NCBI GenBank assembly: GCA_045863335.1
Contig: BTVY01000005.1
Location: 1 to 64,000 of the forward strand
Origin: Candidatus Hydrogenedentota bacterium
Lineage (GTDB): Bacteria; Hydrogenedentota; Hydrogenedentia; Hydrogenedentales; SLHB01
Direction: 5' to 3'
Length of the DNA stretch: 64,000 bases
The notes beneath the pieces are model-generated. The model did no database searches and had not been told where the DNA came from. It saw only the letters and a program-made list of their open reading frames with translations. Shown here piece after piece: positions 39,835-49,072 of this stretch (position 1 is the stretch's first letter; the number at the start of each line of letters is the position of its first letter). A program made the translations under genes and the position numbers.

Positions 39835-42800
39835 TCACTCCTCCGGCGCGGGCACGGATCGCAGATACGCCATCAAATCCAGAATCTCCTCCTTGGTAAA
39901 ACTGTTCAGCAGTCCCGTAGGCATGGTGGACAGCGGCGCGGGTTTCATTTCGGTGATCTGATTTCGCGCGATGGTGGTGCCTTCGGTGTCTTGCAAGGGA
40001 TTGGTGACGACGCGGAGGGCGTCGTCGGTTTGTTCGACGATGAGGCCGTGGAGGGTGTTTTCGGCGAAGACGTCTTCGGTTTCGATGTGGATCTCCCAGG
40101 ATTTGTAGTCTTCGTTGATGACGGCGGACGGGTCGAACATTTCGGTCAGCATGGCGTCGGGTTGGAAGCGGTCGGCGACGCCGGCGAGGTCGGGGCCGAT
40201 GCGGCCGCCCGCGGCGCTTTCGCCGTGGCAGGCGTTGCAGGACGCGGCTTCGAACACGGCCTTCCCCTTGTCGAGGTCGCGGCCGTTCGCGAGCTGGTCC
40301 AGTTCGCCCGCGAGATCGGCGATGGTCCATTCGCGGATGAACTGCCGCGCGGGACCCTGCTCCTCGTCGGGGTGGTCCTTCATCCATTGCAGGGGATCGT
40401 CGACCACGTGCATCACGCCGTTCATGAGCATCCAATGGCCGGGGAAGGTGCAGACGTAATCGTACTCGCCGATCTTCTCCGGCGCGGTGAATTCGAGCGT
40501 CTCTTCCTGGCCCATGGCGAGCAGTCCGGACGCGAAGAGGATCTTCTTGCTGTCCGGCAACCAGTCGCGGTTGACGCCGTCCGGGCCGAGCATCATCGCG
40601 GCCATGGCGACTTCCGACTTCGCGCCGGGCTGTGTGATGACAAGGTTGTGGTCCATGGCGTCGGGGTTCTTGAACACGAGTTTCACCGGCATACCCGGCG
40701 CGACGGCGAAGCTGCGGCGGTCGTAGCGCATCTGTTCTTTCAACGTCTGAATGTGGATCACCATCGTGCCGTCGACGATCTCCGGCTCCGGCGACGGCTC
40801 CTGTTTGAAGTAGTCGACGTAGACGTCCTCATTGGTGTTGCGCGCATGATGCGCGTGCATGCCGCCGTGACTCTCCTCGCCACCGAGCTGCCCTTCGATT
40901 TCCCACAGATACTTCACGCGCTCCGCGGCGCGCCGCGCGTGGGGTTCCGGTGAATAGAGGACCGCGTTCAGCAGGGCCTCGTTCACGACGTTGTGCTGCT
41001 GGCACAACCACAACGCTTCGAGCAGGTGATGGGCGTCTTCCGCCTTCGTCGTGTCGAACTGGGCGACCCATTCGTTCAACGCCGCCATGACTTCGCTCGT
41101 GTCGCGCTCGCTCAACTCGATGCGCGCGCGCAGACGCACGCCGTCGGTCGGGTGTTTCAGCACGTCCAGCAACGCGGGGATGGGCTGCCCGTCAATCGCA
41201 ACGGACTCCTGCAAGGGCCGCCCATCGACGGTAATGCGGTAGACGCGGCCGTGCTGATGGTCGCGGGCTGGATCGCGGATGTTGTGTTGCATGTGGCCGA
41301 TGAGGGCGTTGGCCCAGTCCGCCACGTAGAGGGCACCGTCGTCGCCGAACTTGAAATCCGCGGGGCGGAAATTCGGATCGCTCGACACGAGCAGGTCTTC
41401 AACTTCCTTACCCTGCACGACGCCGCCGTTGTTGTCGAGTTTGTACTGCTTGATCCCGAGGAAGCCGATGGCGTTGAGGATGATGAAGTTCCCCTGCATG
41501 TCGTCGGGGAAGTGCGTGCTCGAAACGATGCCACTCGACGGCACGGGCCGCACGGTCTTCTCAAACATCTCGTGCATGGTGAACCCGCCTTCGCCGTCCA
41601 TGAGCACCTGGAAGGCGCGGCCCGAGGTGGCGTCCGTGGCGAAGTGGTAGCCCCAGTAGTCAAAATCGCCGCCGTGGGGGTTGGGCGAATTCTCGGCGTG
41701 GAAGCTGAAGCGGAAGGTGCGCGGGTTGAACCGGTACATGCCCGTGCGCCCATGCGCAAGCTGCGCCGACTGCCAGGGCGTCTCCACGTTGCTCACGTTA
41801 AAAATGCCGCGCTGGTAATAGATGTAGCCGTCGGGACCGTAGTCGAAGCCGTTCGCGGAGTGGTGCGTGTCCGCGGAATCGAGCCCGCTGAAGAGGATCG
41901 TCTTCTCGTCGGCCACGTCATCGCCGTCCGTGTCTTTCAGAAACCAGAAGTCCGGCACCGACGCGACGATGACGCCGCCGTTCCAGAAGGTGAAGCCTGT
42001 CGGGTTGTGCACGTAGGCAAAGGTGATGGCCTTGTCCGCAACGCCGTCGCGGTCCTCGTCCGGCAGGATGAGGAGCCGGTCGAGCATTTCATGATCGGGC
42101 TGCCACTTGGGATAGGTCTGCCACGCGGCGACCCAGAGCCGGCCTTTGGTATCCACATCCATCTGCACGGGGTTGACCAGTTCAGGGAACATCTCTTCCG
42201 ACGCGTACAGGTTGGCGGTCATGCCTTCTGCGAGCGTCAGCGTGTTGACGCCTTCGCTCGCGGGCACGTAGTCAAGCGAGCCGGTCTTGCCGTCGGGCTG
42301 GATGTTGGTCTTCACCTGGATGGGGTTCGGCACGTTGCTGTCGTCGGGCTCGACGACTTTCCCTTCAACGGCCTTCCAGATGACCTCGTCGCGGTTCGCG
42401 GCCATCACGTCCAGCATGACGAGTTCGTGCTGCAAGACTTCCGCGTTCGTCTGGTCGTCGACGAACTTCAATACCGATCGCGAGCCCCACACGTCGTTGC
42501 CGTCCGTCGCGCGGTAGCGGTTGAAGAAGCACCAGTTCTTGGCCAGCACCGCCTTGCGGATCTTTTCGATGTGCGTCTCATCGATGGTCTGGCCCAGGGC
42601 TTCCACGATCACCCGCGCGATGGCCTTGTTGCCTTCATCGTTGAGGTGCACGCCATTGATGGTCAACGGCGCGTCGCTCTCCTCGTAGAGTTGCTTCGAC
42701 GGCGTAAACAGGTCAACGAAGGGAACGCCCTTCTCCATCGCCACGCGCGCCATGGCGTCGGTGTAGATGGAAAGCCAGAAGTTGTTCTCCGAGCCGTCCG

Positions 42801-43269
42801 GCAGGTTCGGCGAATCGAGGTCCTCATGCGCGATGGGCGAGAAGAGGACGAGTCGCGGCGCGGATTCACCGTCGTATTGCTTCGATCGCATCTCATCGAT
42901 GAACGCGGACAACTCGACTTTGAAGGTCTCCGGGTCGTGGTTGAAGGATTCGTTGTATCCGAAGAAGGCGAAAAGGACGTTCGTCTTGGCGAGCGTTAGC
43001 CACTCGTCTACCGAGGGGAATCCTTCCTCGCGCGGCCGGTCCGCCACTTCATCGCCGGTGAAGCCCATGTTGCGGATGACGAGGTGCTTGCCCGGGTTCG
43101 CACTCTGGAGGTAGGCCTCCAGCCAACCCTCGTGTTGCATCCGGTCCGGCAACGCGTTGCCGATGAAGACCACGTGGTCCTTCGGTTCGAACTCAAACTG
43201 GGCGAACGCGGGGACCATGCCCGCGGCGAGAACCAGAATCACGGACACGGGAATGATACGACCCTTCAC
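39835..43269 (-). CDS. PVC-type multidomain protein: SGNH-like + beta-propeller dehydrogenase + HEAT + cupredoxin + cytochrome c
   Basis: Signal peptide; GYNES and TINGVHL; DFKFGDDGALYVADW; MDHNLV..CTFPGHWMLM type-1 Cu site; CNACH heme motif, GPDL, STMPTGL. Confidence 0.88.
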   Translation of the reverse strand: MKGRIIPVSVILVLAAGMVPAFAQFEFEPKDHVVFIGNALPDRMQHEGWLEAYLQSANPGKHLVIRNMGFTGDEVADRPREEGFPSVDEWLTLAKTNVLFAFFGYNESFNHDPETFKVELSAFIDEMRSKQYDGESAPRLVLFSPIAHEDLDSPNLPDGSENNFWLSIYTDAMARVAMEKGVPFVDLFTPSKQLYEESDAPLTINGVHLNDEGNKAIARVIVEALGQTIDETHIEKIRKAVLAKNWCFFNRYRATDGNDVWGSRSVLKFVDDQTNAEVLQHELVMLDVMAANRDEVIWKAVEGKVVEPDDSNVPNPIQVKTNIQPDGKTGSLDYVPASEGVNTLTLAEGMTANLYASEEMFPELVNPVQMDVDTKGRLWVAAWQTYPKWQPDHEMLDRLLILPDEDRDGVADKAITFAYVHNPTGFTFWNGGVIVASVPDFWFLKDTDGDDVADEKTILFSGLDSADTHHSANGFDYGPDGYIYYQRGIFNVSNVETPWQSAQLAHGRTGMYRFNPRTFRFSFHAENSPNPHGGDFDYWGYHFATDATSGRAFQVLMDGEGGFTMHEMFEKTVRPVPSSGIVSSTHFPDDMQGNFIILNAIGFLGIKQYKLDNNGGVVQGKEVEDLLVSSDPNFRPADFKFGDDGALYVADWANALIGHMQHNIRDPARDHQHGRVYRITVDGRPLQESVAIDGQPIPALLDVLKHPTDGVRLRARIELSERDTSEVMAALNEWVAQFDTTKAEDAHHLLEALWLCQQHNVVNEALLNAVLYSPEPHARRAAERVKYLWEIEGQLGGEESHGGMHAHHARNTNEDVYVDYFKQEPSPEPEIVDGTMVIHIQTLKEQMRYDRRSFAVAPGMPVKLVFKNPDAMDHNLVITQPGAKSEVAMAAMMLGPDGVNRDWLPDSKKILFASGLLAMGQEETLEFTAPEKIGEYDYVCTFPGHWMLMNGVMHVVDDPLQWMKDHPDEEQGPARQFIREWTIADLAGELDQLANGRDLDKGKAVFEAASCNACHGESAAGGRIGPDLAGVADRFQPDAMLTEMFDPSAVINEDYKSWEIHIETEDVFAENTLHGLIVEQTDDALRVVTNPLQDTEGTTIARNQITEMKPAPLSTMPTGLLNSFTKEEILDLMAYLRSVPAPEE

Positions 43270-43413
43270 GGAATGCACTCCTTCGTTGGACGGATACCGC
43301 AGCGCCTTGCAAGGGGGGAACTTACAGCACAAGGCGTCTACGGGTCAATTGGGCGATTTCATCTGCGCCAATCTGCGCAATCTGCGGACGATACTTCTTT
43401 AATTGCTCTGGCA

Positions 43414-43442
43414 TGTCCATTTCGTAAATCCCCGTTCGTCGT
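43414..43442 (+). promoter_or_regulatory. Putative ECF42-type promoter 2
   Basis: TGTCCATTTCGTAAATCCCCGTTCGTCGT; a 14-bp block identical to 29491-29519. Confidence 0.65.
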
Positions 43443-43581
43443 TATACTGAAGGCCGAGCGAACTGGCATTAAGGCTGTCCGGTTCTACGATGCGGTCTAT
43501 ACAGATAAATCCCTGGTGAGTCGCTCCTTGCAGCGACAATGGGCGGTCGTGGCCATTGGCCGGGTCCGCAGGAAAGGAAAG

Positions 43582-44013
43582 ATGCTCATGCCGATTCAGC
43601 CGTATCTGTTCTTCGATGGCCGTTGCGAGGAGGCCCTGGAGTTCTACAAAAAGGCCTTGGGCGCGGAAGTCCTCATGCTGATGCGCTTCAAGGACAGCCC
43701 CGAACCGCCGCCCCCGGACAAGGTCGCCCCGGGGTCGGAGGAAAAGGTCATGCACGCGTGTTTCCGCGTGGGTGATTCCGAGGTGATGGCTTCGGACGGC
43801 TATTGCCACGGCGCCCCAAGATTCGATGGCTTCACCCTCTCGATCTCGGCCAAGGACGAAGCCGAGGCGGACAAGATGTTTAACGCGTTGTCCAAGGGCG
43901 GCCAGGTGCAGATGCCGCTTGGCAAGACCTTCTTCTCGCCGCGGTTCGGTATGGTGCAGGACCAGTTTGGCGTGGGTTGGATGGTGATCGTACCCGGCGA
44001 GGAACAGCCGTAA
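43582..44013 (+). CDS. PhnB-like VOC protein
   Basis: IQPYLFFDGRCEEALEFY, KVMHA, MPLGKTFFSPRFGMVQDQFGVGWMV. Confidence 0.92.
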   Translation: MLMPIQPYLFFDGRCEEALEFYKKALGAEVLMLMRFKDSPEPPPPDKVAPGSEEKVMHACFRVGDSEVMASDGYCHGAPRFDGFTLSISAKDEAEADKMFNALSKGGQVQMPLGKTFFSPRFGMVQDQFGVGWMVIVPGEEQP

Positions 44014-44030
44014 GGCAAGGAGACCGATGG

Positions 44031-44390
44031 ATGCCGTACGTAGATGGATTCGTGCTGCCAGTCCCGAAGAAGAAGCTCGATGCCTACCGCCGCATGTCCC
44101 GAATGGCAGGCAAGGTGTGGAAGGAACACGGCGCACTCGAATATCGCGAGTGCGTGGGCGACGACTTGAAGGTCGCCTTCGGGCTTCCGTTTTCGAAGTT
44201 GACGGACCTGAAGCGCGGTGAGCTGGTCGTGTTCTCGTGGATCGTCTTCAAGTCCAAGGCCCACCGGGACAAGGTCAACGCGAAGGTCATGAAGGACCCC
44301 CGCCTCTCGAAGATGTGCAAGGAAGACGACATGCCCTTTGACCTCAAGCGGATGGCCTACGGCGGGTTCAAGACCATCGTCGATATGTAA
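44031..44390 (+). CDS. DUF1428 (YbaA-like) protein
   Basis: YVDGFVLPVP, EHGALEYRECVGDD, VVFSWI, MPFDLKRMAYGGF. Confidence 0.92.
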   Translation: MPYVDGFVLPVPKKKLDAYRRMSRMAGKVWKEHGALEYRECVGDDLKVAFGLPFSKLTDLKRGELVVFSWIVFKSKAHRDKVNAKVMKDPRLSKMCKEDDMPFDLKRMAYGGFKTIVDM

Positions 44391-44397
44391 GGGAGAA

Positions 44398-44462
44398 AAC
44401 CCGAAATTCGAAGCACGAAATCCGAAACAAAGTTGAATGTTCGAAATCCGAAAAACCAAAAC
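44398..44462. repeat. Degenerate 7-bp tandem repeat (CGAAATY-like)
   Basis: cgaaatt cgaagca cgaaatc cgaaaca ... cgaaatc cgaaaaa; related heptamers at 15852-15879. Confidence 0.6.
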
Positions 44463-44715
44463 TAATCCGGATTTCTTACACGCACAGGCCAGCGAATAGG
44501 GAAACGTCTTCGCCATATGAACTTGCGCGCGAACACGGATCGATCTGGCAGTTCAGGGTGTGCGTGCGAGAAATCCTCACCGCGGAACCTTCAGGTTTTC
44601 TCGGGCGCATTTCTCACCGCCTCGTATGCTTTCTCTCGAAGGCGAGATTGCAGAGCGGTGAGAAATGCGGGTTAAGGCAATGAGTTCGTGCGACTCCGCT
44701 GGACGTCTCTGGCGC

Positions 44716-44820
44716 AGCCCCGGACGGGGCGGAGGGTTGTAGCCCAGGGTGGAGCGAGGCACGAGCGGAACCCTGGGTTGTGGGTGCAACGTTTCATCGA
44801 GCCCTGGATAGGGCGAAAGA
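44716..44820. repeat. Solo triple-hairpin element
   Basis: GCCCCGGACGGGGC, TAGCCCAGGGT...ACCCTGGG, GCCCTGGATAGGGCGA; same architecture as 24824-24932 and 36461-36547. Confidence 0.6.
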
Positions 44821-44969
44821 AGCGCGCGAACGGCCCGTCCTGGATCGGATTTGGAACCAATCGCGAGTAGATGGACCTGGAGCGAACTGAGACGACAGGT
44901 ATCCGCGCGGATGACCGAGAACGGGACTGGTCGGGAATCATTCCCGGCCTACTGGAGGAGGTGAAAACC

Positions 44970-45452
44970 ATGAACGCGAGGCAAAAGCCGCAGTTGGATG
45001 AACCGCGGTTTGTGGACGGTCTGGAAATGATCATAGCGGGCCAGAATATCCGCTACGACTTTGAGACGCGGGTGAACATTCCCACGCAATGGGCGCGGTT
45101 CGCACCGCAGATCGGAAAGGTCCCGGGGCAGGTGGGGAACAACTCCTACGGCGTGAGTTGGAACTACGACGGCAAGGAATTCGACTACTTGTGCGGCGTG
45201 GAAGTCTCCGATACGTCAGGGCTTCCGGAAAACTTCGAGCACGTTCGGCTCGCACCGCGACGGTACGCGGTGTTCACGCATCACGGCGACGTCTCGACCT
45301 TGCCCGACATGATTCAACGCATCTGGGCGGAATGGTTGCCGGCGTCCGGGCACAAAGCCGCGCAGGCGCCGTGTTTCGAACGGTATACGGAGGAATTCTG
45401 CCCCGACACCGGTACTGGCGGTATGGAAATCTGGATCCCGATTCAGTCCTAA
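44970..45452 (+). CDS. GyrI-like (AraC effector-binding) protein
   Basis: IPTQWARF, FDYLCGVEV, YAVFTH.G, IWAEWLPASG, FERY, EIWIPI; GGAGG SD. Confidence 0.9.
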   Translation: MNARQKPQLDEPRFVDGLEMIIAGQNIRYDFETRVNIPTQWARFAPQIGKVPGQVGNNSYGVSWNYDGKEFDYLCGVEVSDTSGLPENFEHVRLAPRRYAVFTHHGDVSTLPDMIQRIWAEWLPASGHKAAQAPCFERYTEEFCPDTGTGGMEIWIPIQS

Positions 45453-45502
45453 GACAGAAGTCGCAGGACATCCTCATTGACGAAACGATTGGAGCACTGA
45501 AC

Positions 45503-45910
45503 ATGAGCGATACTGCAGCGAAAACCCACTATCTACTTCTAATCCGCGGCACCCACTGGGAAGACGAGCTGTCTCCTGAGCAGATCCAGGAGTTCATGGG
45601 CCAGTTCACCGCCTGGCATGAGCGGCTCACCAATGAGGGAAAAATCGTCACGGCCCATCCTCTGGCGAGCGAAGGCAAGCTCGTTTCCGGCAAGAACGGC
45701 AGCAGCGTGGCCGACGGTCCCTATGCAGAGTCGAAGGAAGCCGTGGGCGGATTCTTCCTGTTGCAGGTGGACAGCTGCGAGGAAGCCACGGCCATTGCCC
45801 AGGCAAACCCGGTACTGAATTACGGCGGGTCCATCGAAGTGCGCCCGGTGATTGCGCAGTGCTCGACCATGCAGCGCGCAAGCGAGATGCTGGCAAGCTC
45901 CACGAAGTAG
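45503..45910 (+). CDS. YciI/DGPF-family protein
   Basis: ADGPYAESKEAVGGFFLL, IEVRP; directly upstream of the ECF sigma. Confidence 0.9.
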   Translation: MSDTAAKTHYLLLIRGTHWEDELSPEQIQEFMGQFTAWHERLTNEGKIVTAHPLASEGKLVSGKNGSSVADGPYAESKEAVGGFFLLQVDSCEEATAIAQANPVLNYGGSIEVRPVIAQCSTMQRASEMLASSTK

Positions 45911-45914
45911 TGCC

Positions 45915-47237
45915 GTGAACGCGCAACCCGAGCCCACTGAAACCCCGCAGGCGCGTGAATCGGCGCGGTTGACGGAGCACTTGTTCCGCCACGAGTCCGT
46001 CAAGCTGGTGTCTATCCTCACGCGCGCCTTCGGGATCGAGCGGTTGCAGCTGGCGGAAGACGTGGTGCAGGAGGCCATGGCGCGCGCCATGCAAACGTGG
46101 CCCTACTACGGCATCCCCGACAACCCCGCGGCATGGATCACGCGGACCGCCAAGAATCTCGCGCTCGATGTCATCCGCCGGGAAAGCAATTTCCGGGAAA
46201 AGGAACCCGGAATTGCCGCTTCGGCGGAGCGATGGACCTCGGAGAACGGCAACGTTTCTGACTCCGTGTTCTTCGACGACGAGATCAGCGACAGCCAACT
46301 GCGCATGATGTTCGCGTGTTGTCACCCATTGATCCCGCAGGAGGCGCGCGTGGCGCTCGCGTTGAAGACGCTGTGCGGATTCAGTACGGCGGAGATCGCC
46401 AAGGCATTCCTCTCGACCGAGGCCGCCGTGGCCAAGCGGCTTACCCGTGCAAGGCAACGCATTCGCGACGCGCAAATCCCCTTCGAAATCCCCACAGGCG
46501 ATGAGGCGCTGATCCGGCTGGAAAGCGTCGAGCAGACCATCTACCTCTTGTTCAATGAGGGGTACAAGGCCTCGACGGGCGACGACCTCATTCGGGAAGA
46601 CTTGTGCCGGGAGGCGATACGCCTCGCAGCTCTGTTGACAGAACATCCCGTCGGCAATCAGCCCCGCACGCACGCGCTCCTCGCGCTCATGCTGCTTAAC
46701 GCCGCCCGGTTACCGGCGCGCGTCGACGCGAATGGCCACGTTCTCCGGCTGCAAGATCAGGATCGGACTCGTTGGGATGCCCTGCTCATTGCGCGGGGCA
46801 TGATGCATCTCGCGCGGTCGGCGGCGGGCGACGAGTTGAGCGAGTACCACCTGCAGGCGGGCATCGCGGCATGTCACTGCGCGGCCGGCGATTACGAATC
46901 GACCGATTGGGCGCAGATCCTTACGCTCTACGATCGTCTGGCCGAGCTGGACGACTCGCCCGTGGTGGCGCTCAACCGGGCCGTCGCCGTCGCGCAGGTC
47001 CACGGTCCGAGAGCGGGAATCGAAGCCGTCGAGTCCATTCCGAATCGGTCACAACTCTATGCCTACCACCTGCTCTACGCAGTACTTGGCGATTTGGAGT
47101 CGCGGCAGGAGAACTACGGCGTCGCGGCGTCCCACTTCAAACGCGCCCTCGAACTCACGGAAGTGAAAACGGAACGCTTATTCCTGTTGGACCGATTGCG
47201 CGAATGCGAGCAACACGACGGCACCCATACCACGTGA
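45915..47237 (+). CDS. ECF42-type sigma factor with TPR-like (DUF6596) C-terminal extension
   Basis: AEDVVQEA, LRMMFACCHP, ALALKTLCGFSTAEIAKAFL, YLLFNEGY, LQDQDRTRWD, SPVVALNRAVA. Confidence 0.92.
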   Translation: MNAQPEPTETPQARESARLTEHLFRHESVKLVSILTRAFGIERLQLAEDVVQEAMARAMQTWPYYGIPDNPAAWITRTAKNLALDVIRRESNFREKEPGIAASAERWTSENGNVSDSVFFDDEISDSQLRMMFACCHPLIPQEARVALALKTLCGFSTAEIAKAFLSTEAAVAKRLTRARQRIRDAQIPFEIPTGDEALIRLESVEQTIYLLFNEGYKASTGDDLIREDLCREAIRLAALLTEHPVGNQPRTHALLALMLLNAARLPARVDANGHVLRLQDQDRTRWDALLIARGMMHLARSAAGDELSEYHLQAGIAACHCAAGDYESTDWAQILTLYDRLAELDDSPVVALNRAVAVAQVHGPRAGIEAVESIPNRSQLYAYHLLYAVLGDLESRQENYGVAASHFKRALELTEVKTERLFLLDRLRECEQHDGTHTT

Positions 47238-47263
47238 TTCGCCGATCCTCGACCATACCAGAT

Positions 47264-47291
47264 TAAAGTTTCCTCCCCCGTCTGCCGATAG
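47264..47291 (+). promoter_or_regulatory. sigma28 (FliA) promoter of flagellin 1
   Basis: TAAAGTTT-N12-GCCGATAG. Confidence 0.75.
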
Positions 47292-47331
47292 ACCTCCATG
47301 AAGCCCGCTAGTGCGCGGCCGCTTCTACCGA

Positions 47332-47368
47332 TGCACGGATGCAAAGGTAGGTAGTCATCACGGAGGAG
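47332..47368 (+). promoter_or_regulatory. Two putative CsrA sites in the flagellin 1 leader
   Basis: TGCACGGATGCA hairpin with GGA in the loop; second ACGGA overlapping the GGAGGA SD. Confidence 0.65.
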
Positions 47369-47375
47369 ATTAGTC

Positions 47376-48197
47376 ATGGGACTACGCATCAACACGAACG
47401 TCGCCGCGCTCAATTCGGCCCGTATTCTTAGTCGCTCTACCGGCCAACTCAACCGAAGTCTTGAACGCCTCGCCAGCGGTCTGCGCATCAATCGCGCGGC
47501 GGACGACGCGGCGGGTCTCGCCATTTCGGAGTCGTTCCGTACGGTCATTCGCGGCACCCAGGTGGCCCAGCGCAACTCGCAGGACGGCATCAGTCTGATT
47601 CAGACCGCGGAAGGCGCGTTGGACACGACAACCAGCATGCTGCAGCGTATCCGCGAACTGGCGGTCCAGGCAGCCAACGGAACCCAGAGCGACGCCAACC
47701 GGCTCGCCCTTGACGCGGAAGTCCAACAACTCCTCCAGCAAATCGATGACATCGCGCTGGACACGGAGTTCAACGGGCTGCGCGTCCTCAGTGCGGCACA
47801 GACCGTTACCCTTCAGGCGGGCGCCCAAGCCGGTCAAACGCTTATCATCGCCGTCAACGGCGCGAAGACCAACGATCTTGCTGTCAATACCGTAAACATC
47901 TCCAGCGTCGCGACCGCAGTCTCCGCCTTGAGCACTATCGACCGGGCGCTGCGAAGCGTCACCACGCTCAGGAGCACTTTCGGCGCCTTCCAGAACCGGC
48001 TCGAGTTCACCATCCAGACGCTCGCCATCCAGGAAGAGAATTCCAGCGCGTCGGACAGCTTCCTCCGCGACGCCGATGTGGCCCGCGAGACGATCGCCTT
48101 CACGAGGAACCAAATCCTGGTCAGCGCGGGAACCCAGGTACTGGCCCAATCCAACGTGATCCCCCAGACCGCCCTTCAGCTTCTCGGCGGCGGTTAA
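47376..48197 (+). CDS. fliC: Flagellin 1 (short, 273 aa)
   Basis: MGLRINTNVAALN, LERLASGLRINRAADDAAGLAI, QRIRELAVQAAN, GAFQNRLE, PQTALQLL. Confidence 0.96.
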   Translation: MGLRINTNVAALNSARILSRSTGQLNRSLERLASGLRINRAADDAAGLAISESFRTVIRGTQVAQRNSQDGISLIQTAEGALDTTTSMLQRIRELAVQAANGTQSDANRLALDAEVQQLLQQIDDIALDTEFNGLRVLSAAQTVTLQAGAQAGQTLIIAVNGAKTNDLAVNTVNISSVATAVSALSTIDRALRSVTTLRSTFGAFQNRLEFTIQTLAIQEENSSASDSFLRDADVARETIAFTRNQILVSAGTQVLAQSNVIPQTALQLLGGG

Positions 48198-48227
48198 TCC
48201 GGCGACAATCAAAGTTAGTTCCAATAT

Positions 48228-48266
48228 GGAGCGCCTCCTTAGCGAGGCGCTCCTGTTATTTTGTTT
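48228..48266 (+). terminator. Intrinsic terminator after flagellin 1
   Basis: GGAGCGCCTC/GAGGCGCTCC 10-bp stem then TGTTATTTTGTTT. Confidence 0.8.
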
Positions 48267-48533
48267 GCGCGATCTACCGCGAAGCCGGTTCCGCAGTACC
48301 TCCCGAATCCGCAAATTTCTGGAATCTGCTGATAAAGATCTTTTGCCGCCTGGTTATTAGTTGACAAGTATCAATCTGAAATTCCAAGGCAGGCGCGAAA
48401 GCGCGGCTTGCATTAAGTCATTTATAAAAAATGGCTTACGAGATAGACAGGCAAGGCCTTCTATGGTTTTTCTTAACTCTGTAAATTAATTACTTGCCCC
48501 TGAATACCCCGAAAATTTCTTTCAAAAAAACGC

Positions 48534-48560
48534 TAAAGTTTCCACTAAAGTTGCCGATAA
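48534..48560 (+). promoter_or_regulatory. Consensus sigma28 promoter
   Basis: TAAAGTTT-N11-GCCGATAA exact consensus; AT-rich upstream region. Confidence 0.9.
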
Positions 48561-48566
48561 AAATCG

Positions 48567-49072
48567 TAGAAAGGCCGGAATGGACCCAGTCGATACCGGC
48601 TAAAGCGAAAGGCAGGGACGGCCAATCGCGCGCGCCAGGGACGGCGCGGAAACAGTTGAAATGCGGTCACAGCGGAAGATTGGGGGAGACCTTCGCCCGA
48701 ATCGGTCAACCGCGGCGCACGTTAGGGACACGCGCCAGCGGCTCAGCCGGGAACGACCGCCTTGCACACCCGGGACGGTGAGCAAGGACGGCGCCGGAGG
48801 GGGAAACAAACACGCCAATCGCCTGCGGGGTAAGGGAACCCGCGCAGAACAGCTAACCAACCGCGAAACAGGGATGACGAGACGTAGTGCAGCGGACCCG
48901 GAACGGGCACACAGGGAAGTGCGCGGGGTACGAAGCACGAAGTCTCTTCGGACTGCGGCAGTCTTGTAGGGAAAGACCGTCGCAAATGGAACCGGCCGAA
49001 AGGGACGGCGGGTTTCACAGGGATGATGTGCGCATGGATGCGCACGGCTAACCACTCACGGAGGACAGAACT
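48567..49072 (+). ncRNA. CsrB/RsmZ-like multi-GGA RNA forming the long leader of flagellin 2
   Basis: 26 GGA, 14 ANGGA and 0 TCC in ~510 nt; many short stems present the GGA motif in loops; no credible ORF. Confidence 0.7.

Noticed and set aside
48494-49055. ORFs in the flagellin 1-2 spacer (95-151 aa)
   Set aside because: No recognisable motifs or SD; the region is better explained as promoter plus structured RNA.
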